A DNA stretch of 64,000 nt, taken from Macrostomum lignano (taxonomy: Eukaryota). This document shows positions 44,130 through 57,200 of the stretch, in pieces; the first letter of the stretch is position 1; the number at the start of each line of letters is the position of its first letter. Under the pieces are notes generated by a model. It was not told the origin of the DNA. It did not search any database and was given only the letters and a program-made list of their open reading frames with translations. The stretch spans positions 1 to 64,000 of the forward strand of contig NIVC01002543.1 in assembly GCA_002269645.1 (NCBI GenBank), given 5' to 3'. A program made the translations under genes and the position numbers.

Positions 44130-46534
44130 CTATAGTGAAGCATTTCCTGAGCAGCGACTCAAAAGCCGCTTGCTGCTTGGCCTCTTCGGCCGGGTCGTTC
44201 GCAGGCTTGATTGCCTCGGCCGCCGCTGACTGCGGACCACCGACACCCGGCGGCGGCGTAGACGGCCGCGGCCCGTTGACGCCGACGCTGCCGGGGACGC
44301 GCGACAGCGCCTCGGCGACAGGAGAGCGGCGGTGAAGAAAGCCGGAGGCAGCAGGCTCTCCATCAGAGTCTGGACACCCCGAGCATCGCCAGCGACTGTC
44401 AATATTTGAGAGCGAGCGTTGATTGAGCTTGAATCATTTTTTTAATATTTTTGGAATGATTTTTTGTGTCTTAGAAAAGTATTAAGTATGGTTACTATCG
44501 ATTTTTAAGAATTTTATTACAGGGACTACTCAAAAATGGTTTGAGCACTATTTTTACCAGGTAGTCTCTGGGGTTTGAAACGCATTTAAGCTTAAAGGAG
44601 CTTAAACGCTTTGAAATAAAAGATTTCTTTACATCCATATACTAAAAATGGTCTATCGGTAGGTAGGTAGGTATCTATCTAGGTATTTGATCGATTTTAG
44701 CAAAATTTTAACTATTTTCAAAACGTTTCAAATGATTTAGTAGGTGTATCGAACATTTGAAGATTGTTGTATCGAATATTTAGAAAGTTTTTTATTAATT
44801 TTATAAACTTGCAAAATTAGATCACGAAAAATTAAATTTAGGTTAGTTTTTCATTAAATTTACATACAAATTTTCAGTTGTTGTCCATATTTGAGCCTCA
44901 ATCTATAATTATAAACAGCAAGCAGACCATTGTTTTAATTTAATATAGAATTTTGCAGCCCATTTGGGCTTACGCGCATGTAATTTAATCCAAGATACGT
45001 TTGCCAATGTAACGGAGCTTTTGTCTATGGTAGCAAGGCTGGCACAGCGCCTTTTAATTTGGTCCAACAAGCATCAATTCGGTCCAAACGCTCGTGAGCC
45101 ATTCGGGAAACTATTGCCTTTTCGCAACCGTCTTTAACTTTAAAGTTTACCATCATAGCAAATAGTACTGGCGTTTTTTACACGGTAACTAAAATAAATA
45201 CTGGTTTTATATACTGTAGTATTTATAGCAATGGTCCAGCTACATTTGAAGGACCACAAATCCATTCTTTTGAAGGCGAATGAGTCGCATTCTCGTTCGT
45301 TTCTTTTGAAGCACCCTTCGTACTTTGCATTGTTAAAAGTACGAGCTAATAACAAACGCTAAGCTATAATTGCACATAAATTACGCCTAAACTCCATCTA
45401 CCGACTTTAGTTAGTTTAAATTTAAATTCATTATGAAAATAAGAGATACAGGGACAAATATTGAGTAGTCCCTGATAAGGTAACTATTTACAAGGTATTT
45501 ATTTCAGTTACCGTGTAAATAACGACTGCCAGTAGCTTTAGCTACCTTCCGGTTTTACCATAAATTAGTCCTATTAATTCACACTGTTGCTGACTGAGAC
45601 ATTTACCTATCTGCCAAGCTGTGATTAAATTAGTCACATGTTTATGACCGGCATAAATTGCTGTTAAATTTAGGATGCATCTGTAACTATCTAAAGCTGT
45701 GCAGTCATTTACAGTCTAAATGTACACTAAAAATAATATACATTTTCTGCTTACATGGAAACATTCGCGTCAGCAACTCCTGATGCAGCTGGTCAATGTA
45801 CGCAGCCGCCTGTTGCACTACTTTCACCTGTAAGGTGGTAGAGAGAGAGGGAGAGAGAAGTTTAGCGTGAAAGAAAATTATGTAGCCATCTTTACTATAC
45901 TACTATCAATAGACAGTTTAGAGATTATTAATTGCATTACTTGTATATAATTATAAAGGATAGTAACTTCTTAGCAGTCCACTGAGTCCCATTCGGGTGT
46001 CTAAAGTGGGTACTGAAGTAGTTGCTCGCGGCCCCATGAGGTATCTGGGTATCTAGAGTTGGGTAGTTGCTCGCGGCCCTATGAGGTATCTGGGTATCTA
46101 GAGTTGGGTAGTTGCTCGCGGCCCTATGAGGTACCTTGGTATCTAGAGTTGGGTAGTTGCTCGCGGCCCCATGAGGTATCTGGGTATCTAGAGTTGGTCG
46201 TGGGAATATACTGACGGCCCATTGAAGTATCTGGGCATCTAAATCTTATGGCGCTAGGTGAAGCATTAACACACAAAGGTAATTATTTTGGCCCAGGTAA
46301 GCTGGTAGGAAAACGGTTGTTAGCAACATAGGTAATCTTGTAGAATCCAGCTAAATAGCTTGAATATAACGGTACACGTCTTCCACAGCCCAGTGGAACT
46401 CTCACCTGTCCTGTCTCCGATGCCAGCGGCCCGTCAGCTGAGACTTCGGCGGCACCAGGCAGCACCCGGAGCAGCCGACGGCACTCGCGCACCTCCTCCA
46501 GTTGGCGAGACCGAAGCTGCAGCTGTTGCGTCAT
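44130..46534 (-). CDS. Id/emc-like helix-loop-helix protein, 155 aa, 3 exons (46534-46406, 45827-45755, 44395-44130)
   Basis: GT-AG splicing with consistent phases (0, then 1) gives MTQQLQLRSRQLEEVRECRRLLRVLP-loop-QVKVVQQAAAYIDQLHQELLTRMFP-FAGDARGVQTLMESLLPP...; helix 2 resembles Id/emc (QHVIDYI..LQ); basic region reduced. Confidence 0.8.
46019..46197. repeat. 45-bp tandem repeat in HLH intron 1
   Basis: About 4 units of GTAGTTGCTCGCGGCCCCATGAGGTATCTGGGTATCTAGAGTTGG. Confidence 0.9.
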
Positions 46535-46616
46535 GACTTGTTGAACTGGATGATGCTGGGCCTGAGTCTGAGTCTCTGCGAGTTTCCTTTGCTTTCTGAG
46601 TCTCAGTCACTGCTTG

Positions 46617-46624
46617 TATTTATA
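46617..46624 (-). promoter_or_regulatory. Candidate TATA box of the HLH gene
   Basis: TATAAATA on the minus strand, about 83 nt upstream of the ATG at 46534. Confidence 0.5.
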
Positions 46625-46797
46625 GCTATACTCAAGCGGGGCTCACGTTCAATTGGTTGCTGCGGGTTTCTGTGCGCCCGACAGCTGGGGGGGGGGGGGG
46701 CTTGAGTCCGAATTTTCGCTCGCTTCTAGGCTGGGGTGGAGAGGGGAGCCGTCACCTGCCGGGCCCCGGGGACCCCCACCTCCACGTTCCTCGGTTC

Positions 46798-48553
46798 CAA
46801 GGACTTCTCTATATAGCATCTGGACTGGAAGCTCCCCACCCGCATATACCTTAGAGGGGCAAAAGCCCTTCCCAAAATAGCTTAGATCCTAGTTACATCG
46901 TATATTAGATAGCTGGCCATTATGCACTTATTGTTATATAAATCATGAGCCTAATAAAAATTCATTCAGAATGATTTAGATTTCTTTTTTTAATAATTTC
47001 GATTATTAAAAATTTCGATTTTCGATTCGATTTCGATAAATTTCGATAACTTCGATGCTCTCAACTGAAGGTAGCTTTCGATGTCTAGACCATTCTTTGA
47101 ACCAACTTTGGCTGAAGCAGACCGAAGGGTTCGATCAGATGGAAAACAGAGGACGTCCTGCTCCAGTATTGTCTTATAAGCCGAAGCGCTGGTGGAGTAC
47201 AGAACATAAGCGAAGATCATGAGCTGCTGTGAATATCTCCTTCTGCAGCTCGGCTGCCTGCTGAGTTTCAGCTGCTCCAAAATGAAGCCAACAGTGCGAT
47301 TCTCAACAAGATTCTCCGCTTCTTCCAGAAGATCTTGGGCCATGTCAAGCATACGGTTGGCCTTGCCTTCAGCTTTGGCACTGTCAGTGTCTACCTCCCA
47401 GTTCTTGACTTTGGACATTATGTTGACTAGTTGACTGAGAGTCGATACTTTCCCGTCCGAAAGTAAGTCTCTGAGTCGGGTTGGCTTTAGCAACACTCCA
47501 TTGACTCCAATAGTGATGCTGTGGTCCTTAGCCATGTAGATGTAGCATGAGACATGAAAGGAAGGCTCCATGTTCAGCGCGTAGATGCAGCTGGTCAGCA
47601 AGCATGATGGTAAGAAATCCTACCGGTTTTTCTTCCTCTCGATTCAGTTTTAGCTGCACTTCATCAAGGTAGTCGTCAACGATTGAGTCCGCATCTCGGA
47701 ACTCATCAATTTGGCCTTGCAGTGCAGTATTTTCTCTCTCCAAGCGCTGAGTTGATGTTGCCGCAGTTGACCTCGGTTCCGCCTTGGCAGAAGAGAGATA
47801 AGAAGAGAGATAAGTCTATTCGGGAAGATAGACGGCACCGCCCCTGGCTTCAGACACCGCCTCGACAGTTGGTCCCGGCCCTTCTTGCGGTTCGCGTTGG
47901 TGTCCAGAGAGTTTTCCACGAAGTCTTGGGGTGGAAGTGCGCAGAGCAAATGGTTGAGCTCTTGGTAGGCTCGAAGTTCTGCCTTGGATTTGCTCGCTTC
48001 CATTGTTCAAGAAGGATTGCATTGTGCATAGGATAGCCATGAGAGCTCCTTGTCCGAGGAGGCTCAATTAGTGCAGCCCTGTGCTGAGCACGACTTAACC
48101 ATTTTGTTGGAACACAATTGTCAGTGCTTGAAGCAACTGCAGCAGTATTGTGAAATTGATGAGGCAGGCACTGAAGGCAAAATTTTCTTTTCCATTATTG
48201 TACAGTACAGCCAGCTCGTCAGTATATATAGAACGTGGGAGTGGGACTCCCACTCATCACCTCCACTCATGACTCAGTCCGAATAGCAGACTAGTTTTCA
48301 AGATAAACGTACATGTTAAAGATTCATTGTTGGGGGATAAAATTTACCCCATGAGCTCTTCCCTGCATGCCCCTGAACTTTGCTTCTTTTCTGTGTACAG
48401 TGTCTTTGTCATGTTTATGGCCAGCTTGACAGTTAAATTTTTCCTGTCTCCTTTCCTCCTTCTGGGTCTTTTCTTCTTTTGCCCCTGTGAGGTATAGAGA
48501 CGGAAAAAAAATTGCCAAGCTTCCAGTCCAGATGCTATATAGAGAAGTCCCTG
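46798..48553 (-). mobile_element. P-element-superfamily transposon, internally deleted
   Basis: 36-bp TIRs CA(A/G)GGACTTCTCTATATAGCATCTGGACTGGAAGCT; exact 8-bp TSD CTCGGTTC (46790-46797 and 48554-48561); internal THAP/transposase remnant. Confidence 0.9.
46990..48102 (-). pseudogene. THAP-domain P-element transposase remnant (N-terminal part only)
   Basis: MVKSCSAQGCTN*..HGYP..EQWKRANPRQNFEPTKSSTICSAHF..DF..LKPGAVPSIFP (THAP, with a stop and frameshifts); ORF 46990-47601 RRYSQQLMIFAYVLYSTSASAYK..FPSDRTL..YLQLRASKL; catalytic domain absent. Confidence 0.85.
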
Positions 48554-48787
48554 CTCGGTTCCCATGGCCTCCACCCCTAAGCCAGACCATGATATCGGAG
48601 AGGGGAGGCAGTAACTGTGTGGGGGTGGGACACCTGCCTATGGAATTGCCTTATTCTCATTGGGCAGGGAGCCCGCAAGCTAGAAGTCTGGAGAGAGGGG
48701 GGCATCGCAAACCCGAAAAAGCTTCGAAAGTGCTAGCAACGCGCCCAACGCTTTGGATTTCGGAGTTATGTTATTTCGGGTTTTTTA

Positions 48788-49094
48788 TGGGAAGTGATGT
48801 CGGAGTTGTGATATTTCGGGTTTTTGATGGAAGTGATTTCGGAGTTGTGATATTTCGGGTTTATGATGGAAGTGATTTCGGAGTTGTGATATTTCGGGTT
48901 TATGATGGAAGCGATTTCGGAGTTGTGATATTTCGGGTTTATGATGGAAGCGATTTCGGAGTTGTGATATTTCGGGTTTATGATGGAAGTGATTTCGGAG
49001 TTGTGATATTTCGGGTTTATGATGGAAGTGATTTCGGAGTTGTGATATTTCGGGTTTATGATGGAAGTGATTTCGGAGTTGTGATATTTCGGGT
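48788..49094. repeat. 39-bp tandem repeat
   Basis: About 8 units of GATGGAAGTGATTTCGGAGTTGTGATATTTCGGGTTTAT. Confidence 0.95.
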
Positions 49095-49924
49095 TGCACC
49101 CGAACAGACACACACATTGCAGCTAAAAAACAGAATCGGAATTCCTAAACTCAAAAACAAAAATTTTTGACAGTTGGAAAATTTATGTATCTTAATTTTA
49201 AATTCCGGATGCACATCTAGCTCCTATTAGCTACGAAATTACTTTCAGACCTTTCTAATCCGAATTTTAAGTTTTCTTTGACTGTGACAGAAATTTGCAG
49301 AAGAAATTAGATAAAGGAAGGGGAGTAAACAGTCCAGATATTCTCTCTGTCTGTGGGCGGTGGCATTAGGAGTAAGGAGAGTAGGGGAGTAGGACGACCT
49401 CGGGTCTATTTGAGACAAGGGGGTGGGTGTCGCCACGGGCCTCCCCACATGCTCACCTGGCTCACTGCGCACGTGGTACGGATACCGAGGCCTCTCCCAC
49501 GCTTGTGCAATCTGAGTGTCTGGCAGCTGCTTGGCCTCAGAGCTGGGGGGGGGCGCCCCGAGGCCCCAGCAACACGCGGCCATAGCGGGTGAAGAAGCGC
49601 GCCATCTGCTGCCGCAAACGGCTGGGACTCTCAGCTTTCTGCCCAGCCCCTGCCTGCGCTGGGTTCTCAGTTGTTAACCGCCTGGGGTTTAACTTTCCCA
49701 GCACAGCTTGACGACTCCACAGTAACAGCCTGGCAACAAGCAGTTTATGGCGCCTTCTGGCGTGCGAAAGCAGATAATGAGCTCAAAATGCTGCAATTCT
49801 CGCGCCGGCATGAGAAGCCTAGATGGAGGAGAAATAAAGTTCATCTGGCACTTTCAATCAGGACACAAGGAATTAAATAATCGCCAATGCTGGACTCGCT
49901 AGCCATTCGATTTTAAAATTCTCC

Positions 49925-50635
49925 CAATGAGATCTAAGAATTCTCTCCCCGCTCATGAGAAAAGAAGATTCTCTCTACCTTCCCGCTCATGAGATCAGAA
50001 GATTCTCTCAGTTCCCTTTTATAGGATTAGAAGACCCTCCCCCTTCCCGCTCATGAGATTAGAAGACTCTCCCCCTTCCCGCTCATGAGATTAGAAGACT
50101 CTCCCCCTTCCCGCTCATGAGATTAGAAGACTCTCCCCCTTCCCGCTCATGAGATTAGAAGATTCTCTCAATTCCCTTTTATAAGATTAGAAAATTCTCT
50201 CCCTTCCCGCCCATGAGATTAGAAGATTCTCTTAATTCCCTTTTATAAAATTAGAAAATTCTCTTCCTTCCCTCTAATGAGATTAGAAGACTCTCTCCCT
50301 TCCCTCTAATGAGATTAGAAGACTCTCTCCCTTCCCTCTAATGAGATTAGAAGACTCTCTCCCTTCCCGCTCATGAGATTAGAAGATTCTCTTAATTCCC
50401 TTTTATAATATTAGAAAATTCTCTCCCTTCCCGCCCATGAGATTAGAAGATTCTCTCAATTCCCTTTTATAAAATTAGAAAATTCTCTCCCTTCCCTCTA
50501 ATGAGATTAGAAGGTACTCTCCCTTCCCTCTAATAAGATTAGAAGACTCTCTCCCTTCCCTCTCATGAGATTAGATGATTCCCCCCTTCTCTCTTGTGAG
50601 ATTAGAAGATTCTCTCCCTTCCCGCCTACGAGATT
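49925..50635. repeat. ~32-bp minisatellite with two unit variants
   Basis: TTCCCGCTCATGAGATTAGAAGACTCTCCCCC interleaved with TTCCCTTTTATAAGATTAGAAAATTCTCTC. Confidence 0.9.
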
Positions 50636-50979
50636 AGAGTCCGGATCATAGCAATTCGTTAATTAGTTTAAAATTAATCGATCAAGCATTAGAGCCGCCA
50701 CTAAGACACGAAGTAGAGCAAATTAATAAAAGACTCCAGCTAAGCCCCGTGCCCCGAGGGCAGCATCAAAACTGAGCTCTTTATTGGAGGGTGGGGGTTG
50801 TCGCTTTTAGATAAAGCGTTGCGCAATCGGCCCCTATTAGACTGACTCCATCTGCCCCATCAAATAGGCACGAGTCTGCCGCCACTGCCCCCCTACTTGA
50901 GGATTGACTCGGTTGCCAACCATCTTGCCGTCATGGATACTTGAGTGGGGAGTTTGAATAGATGCACTGGAGGGCACCG

Positions 50980-52470
50980 AGTCACTGTGAATACCGTGAC
51001 TGTGTGATGTATAGTGACTGAGGCTGACACTGAGTCACTGTGAATAGTGTGACTGTGTGATGTATAGTGACTGAGGCTGGCACTGACTCACTGTGAATAT
51101 TGTGACTGTGTGGTTTATAGTGACTGAGGCTGGCACTGACTCACTGTGAATATTGTGACTGTGTGATGTATAGTGACTGAGGCTGGCACTGACTCACTGT
51201 GAATAGTGTGACTGTGTGATGTATAGTGACTGAGGCTGGCACTGACTCACTGTGAATACCTGTGTGATGTATAGTGACTGAGGCTGGCACTGACTCACTG
51301 TGAATATTGTGACTGTGTGATGTATAGTGACTGAGGCTGGCACTGACTCACTGTGAATAGTGTGACTGTGTGATGTATAGTGACTGAGGCTGGCACTGAC
51401 TCACTGTGAATAGTGTGACTGTGTGATGTATAGTGACTGAGGCTGGCACTGACTCACTGTGAATAGTGTGACTGTGTGATGTATAGTGACTGAGGCTGAC
51501 ACTGAGTCACTGTGAATACTGACTGTGTGGTTTATAGTGACTGAGGCTGACACTGAGTCACTGTGAATACTGACTGTGTGGTTTATAGTGACTGAGGCTG
51601 ACACTGACTCACTGTGAATACCGTGACTGTGTGATGTATAGTGACTGAGGCTGGCACTGACTCACTGTGAATACCTGTGTGATGTATAGTGACTGAGGCT
51701 GGCACTGACTCACTGTGAATACCTGTGTGATGTATAGTGACTGAGGCTGGCACTGACTCACTGTGAATACCGTGACTGTGTGATGTATAGTGACTGAGGC
51801 TGGCACTGACTCACTGTGAATACCTGTGTGATGTATAGTGACTGAGGCTGGCACTGACTCACTGTGAATACCGTGACTGTGTGGTTTATAGTGACTGAGG
51901 CTGGCACTGACTCACTGTGAATACCTGTGTGATGTATAGTGACTGAGGCTGGCACTGACTCACTGTGAATACTGACTGTGTGGTTTATAGTGACTGAGGC
52001 TGGCACTGACTCACTGTGAATACCTGTGTGATGTATAGTGACTGAGGCTGGCACTGACTCACTGTGAATACTGACTGTGTGATGTATAGTGACTGAGGCT
52101 GGCACTGAGTCACTGTGAACACCTGTGTGATGTATAGTGACTGAGGCTGGCACTGAGTCACTGTGAACACCTGTGTGATGTATAGTGACTGAGGCTGACA
52201 CTGAGTCACTGTGAACACCTGTGTGATGTATAGTGACTGAGGCTGGCACTGAGTCACTGTGAATACCTGTGTGATGTATAGTGACTGAGGCTGGCACTGA
52301 CTCACTGTGAATACTGACTGTGTGGTTTATAGTGACTGAGGCTGGCACTGACTCACTGTGAATACCTGTGTGATGTATAGTGACTGAGGCTGGCACTGAC
52401 TCACTGTGAACACCTGTGTGATGTATAGTGACTGAGGCTGGCACTGAGTCACTGTGAATAGTGTGACTGA
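50980..52470. repeat. 48-53-bp minisatellite
   Basis: About 30 units of TGTGTGATGTATAGTGACTGAGGCTGGCACTGACTCACTGTGAATA plus a variable linker. Confidence 0.95.
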
Positions 52471-53259
52471 TTGTGATACCATGAATACCAACTTGTCAGT
52501 GCCTTAATAAAGGTTTTGACAGGAGGGAATTGTATAAATGCCCGAAGTATCTTACTACTGATTTAACTTTAGTAGTATTGAAGGGATGTTTTTAAGCTTT
52601 TCGACGATATTTCTTTGCACTGTATATTCCTTAATTAATAATTCATAACTGGCAAGGGGCTGTCATGCAGACAGTGTTATGACGTAGGTGTCCAGATGGT
52701 CCAAATCGAATTTGTCAGATTAGAACGAACCTATTTTTTAATTACTGTTTAAAAAAGCAGAGATGGAAAGCGGCTGTGTAATATTAATGAGAGTAGGATA
52801 GAGGGGGACTGGGGGGGTACGAACTGTGAGGCCTCAATATGAGAGGCAAGTGAGGGGGATATGGGAGAAGTTCACCGCAGCCCGTGAGGACAGGAGTTTA
52901 ACAAGCACTCAGGCGGTCGCCCGGGCTTCCACCTCCCCTTTCACTTTCTGGGTTAACGGGGAGGGGGAAGTCAGGGGTGAGTCATTAGGACGGGCGAATG
53001 GAGAGGTCGGAGAGCAAGTCTCCACGCGATGCGTGTTCGCGTGGCTTAGATAGAATAAAGCAAATCGGATTATCTCTGCTGAGCTCCTTTGCCAATGGAT
53101 TTTGCATCCACCCCTAATTCTATTCCTGTCTGCAAAATGAATCAAAGGAAACCAAAATAAGCCTCTCGTCTCCTTCTGGCTAATGCTTTGTGCTTGTCAG
53201 GAGTTCGGACGCTCTATTTAATCTGAGTAGCTCTTTGGCTTACTTTTGACTGACATAAA

Positions 53260-53468
<209 letters not shown>

Positions 53469-54282
53469 TACCGCTGTCTGTGTGTTTAGCGGGACCAGAG
53501 TTTTGTTAATGCATTAGGTGGACCACCTAGTTTCCTTATAAAACCGGTGTCTTTTGTCTCTACACGAAAAGTTAGCGTGGGTTGTCTTTCAGTTTAGCCT
53601 GCAGATTAGCCATCTCGTGGAAACTGCATGTCACTTTCAACTGGGATAGCTGGACCAGCCCGGACCTGTTTTAGGTGGACCTTCAAAAAGACACCGTTTA
53701 GGTGGACCATCATTTATTTAGCAGAGTACTGGGATTATTATCGACCCAGTACTGTTAAGCACGAGAAACAACACTAAAAGTCACGTGACAGAAGTCCCAA
53801 ATACACAATATGTAATAAAGTGAAAATAATGCATTCAGTTCTACTTTGCGCCGGACTCAAGAACCATCATCCCCATTGAAAACAAATGAATCAAATGCAA
53901 CTAATTTTTAGACCGAGAAAAATAGTTACAAGTGCAAATTAACGGCCAAGCAAAAGTTTAAATAGCAAAAAGTCATATTTGTTTTTCACTAGAATAATGA
54001 TAAACCTAAAGAAACACACTTAACGTCCCAAATATGTGCCAAAAGGCAAGTAGATTGACGACGATATAATTAATAAATACATTTGCCTAATAAATTTCAC
54101 GTATTACAATAGAACAACTTTCCACTCAATTTTTGAAAAATTAAATAAAGTTTTAACGGACGGACAAGACATGTTACGACGGATAGCGGAATCATCTCAC
54201 AGAAAGCCACAAGCTGTCGCAGTCAATATCATCATAAACAAACTTTTGCGGTTAAGCACAAAAAATCGTCTTCATTTTGCCG

Positions 54283-57200
54283 GAGTTGCTTGCGTCACTC
54301 GTCTGCATCAAAGCTGACTTGCCGTCTCCAGACTGGGCCTGTCAAATTTGGCATTTATACGAGAATTCAGGATTGACAGTTTACAACTGATATTCTACTG
54401 AGACTGAAACAGACTGGCATATTGGTGTCAGTACAGTCTGTAGGTTAGCTGGACCTTCAACAGACTTAGCTCTTCAACAGACTGGCTCTGTGGCGTCAGT
54501 ACAGTCTGTAGGTTAGCTGGACCAGTTCAATTAGAATAGGATAAGCCAAATCTGAACACTTTTGCAGCAAGCTCACCACAGTAGATTCAATCTCGTCCTT
54601 TGACTAAACTGCGATGAGGCAACACGTCTGTCCACCGGACTGACCAGCGTCTCAGGTGCCTCAGCCGACTTCTTAGAAGTGTCCAGACGTGAGGTGTCAG
54701 CCTATAGTCGACTTAATGGCTCTTGGCCTTTAAAGTCTTGGTCGATATCTTGCTGGAGTTGCTTGCGTCACTCGTCTGCATCAAAGCTGACTTGCCGTCT
54801 CCAGACTGGGCCTGTCAAATTTGGCATTTATATGAGAATTCAGGATTGACAGTTTACAACTGATATTCTACTGAGACTTTGAAACAGACTGGCATATTGG
54901 TGTCAGTGCAGTCTGTAGGTTAGCTGGACCACCTAAACTTGAATTCCACCTCCCATCTGTGAGGCTCTTCAACAGACTGGCTCAGTTGCGTCAGTGCAGT
55001 CTGTAGGTTAGCTGGACCTCCTAAACTTGAATTCCACCTCTTATCTGTGAGGCTCTTAAACAGACTGGCTCTGTGGCGTCAGTACAGTCTGTAGGTTAGC
55101 TGGACCTCCTAAACTTGAATTCCACCCCATCTGTGAGGCTCTAAAACAGACTGGCTCTGTGGCGTCAGTACAGTCTGTAGGTTAGCTGGACCAGTTCAAT
55201 TAGAATAAGATAAGCCAAATCTGAACACTTTTGCAGCAAGCTCACCACAGTAGATTCAATCTCGTCCGATGACTGAACTGCGATGAGGCAACACGTCTGT
55301 CCACCGGACTGACCAGCGTCTCAGGTGCCTCAGCCGACTTCTTAGAAGTGTCCAGACGTGAGGTGTCAGCCTATAGTCGACTTAATGGCTCTTGGCCTTT
55401 AAAGTCTTGGTCGATATCTTGCTGGAGTTGCTTGCGTCACTCGTCTGCATCAAAGCTGACTTGCCGTCTCCAGACTGGGCCTGTCAAATTTGGCATTTAT
55501 ATGAGAATTCAGGATTGACAGTTTACAACTGATATTCTACTGAGACTTTGAAACAGACTGGCATATTGGTGTCAGTGCAGTCTGTAGGTTAGCTGGACCA
55601 CCTAAACTTGAATTCCACCTCCCATCTGTGAGGCTCTTCAACAGACTGGCTCAGTTGCGTCAGTGCAGTCTGTAGGTTAGCTGGACCACCTAAACTTGAA
55701 TTCCACCTCCTATCTGTGAGGCTCTTAAACAGACTGGCTCTGTGGCGTCAGTACAGTCTGTAGGTTAGCTGGACCTCCTAAACTTGAATTCCACCCCATC
55801 TGTGAGGCTCTTTAACAGACTGGCTCAGTTGCGTCAGTGCAGTCTGTAGGTTAGCTGGACCACCTAAACTTGAATTCCACCTCCCATCTGTGAGGCTCTT
55901 AAACAGACTGGCTCTGTGGCGTCAGTACAGTCTGTAGGTTAGCTGGACCAGTTCAATTAGAATAGGATAAGCCAAATCTGAACACTTTTGCAGCAAGCTC
56001 ACCACAGTAGATTCAATCTCGTCCGATGACTGAACTGCGATGAGGCAACACGTCTGTCCACCGGACTAACCAGCGTCTCAGGTGCCTCAGCCGACTTCTT
56101 AGAAGTGTCCAGACGTGAGGTGTCAGCCTATAGTCGACTTAATGGCTCTTGGCCTTTAAAGTCTTGGTCGATATCTTGCTGGAGTTGCTTGCGTCACTCG
56201 TCTGCATCAAAGCTGACTTGCCGTCTCCAGACTGGGCCTGTCAAATTTGGCATTTATATGAGAATTCAGGATTGACAGTTTACAACTGATATTCTACTGA
56301 GACTTTGAAACAGACTGGCATATTGGTGTCAGTGCAGTCTGTAGGTTAGCTGGACCACCTAAACTTGAATTCCACCTCCCATCTGTGAGGCTCTTCAACA
56401 GACTGGCTCAGTTGCGTCAGTGCAGTCTGTAGGTTAGCTGGACCACCTAAACTTGAATTCCACCTCCTATCTGTGAGGCTCTTAAACAGACTGGCTCTGT
56501 GGCGTCAGTACAGTCTGTAGGTTAGCTGGACCTCCTAAACTTGAATTCCACCCCATCTGTGAGGCTCTAAAACAGACTGGCTCTGTGGCGTCAGTACAGT
56601 CTGTAGGTTAGCTGGACCAGTTCAATTAGAATAAGATAAGCCAAATCTGAACACTTTTGCAGCAAGCTCACCACAGTAGATTCAATCTCGTCCTATGACT
56701 GAACTGCGATGAGGCAACACGTCTGTCCACCGGACTGACCAGCGTCTCAGGTGCCTCAGCCGACTTCTTAGAAGTGTCCAGACGTGAGGTGTCAGCCTAT
56801 AGTCGACTTAATGGCTCTTGGCCTTTAAAGTCTTGGTCGATATCTTGCTGGAGTTGCTTGCGTCACTCGTCTGCATCAAAGCTGACTTGCCGTCTCCAGA
56901 CTGGGCCTGTCAAATTTGGCATTTATATGAGAATTCAGGATTGACAGTTTACAACTGATATTCTACTGAGACTTTGAAACAGACTGGCATATTGGTGTCA
57001 GTACAGTCTGTAGGTTAGCTGGACCACCTAAACTTGAATTCCACCCCATCTGTGAGGCTCTAAAACAGACTGGCTCTGTGGCGTCAGTACAGTCTGTAGG
57101 TTAGCTGGACCAGTTCAATTAGAATAAGATAAGCCAAATCTGAACACTTTTGCAGCAAGCTCACCACAGTAGATTCAATCTCGTCCTATGACTGAACTGC

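Noticed and set aside
48487-49170. 227-aa ORF with DGSDFGVVIFRVY repeats
   Set aside because: Starts inside the P-element TIR and stays open only because the 39-bp unit is a multiple of 3.
51401-52444. PASVTIHHT-repeat ORFs
   Set aside because: Minisatellite translation; the frame breaks wherever unit length changes.
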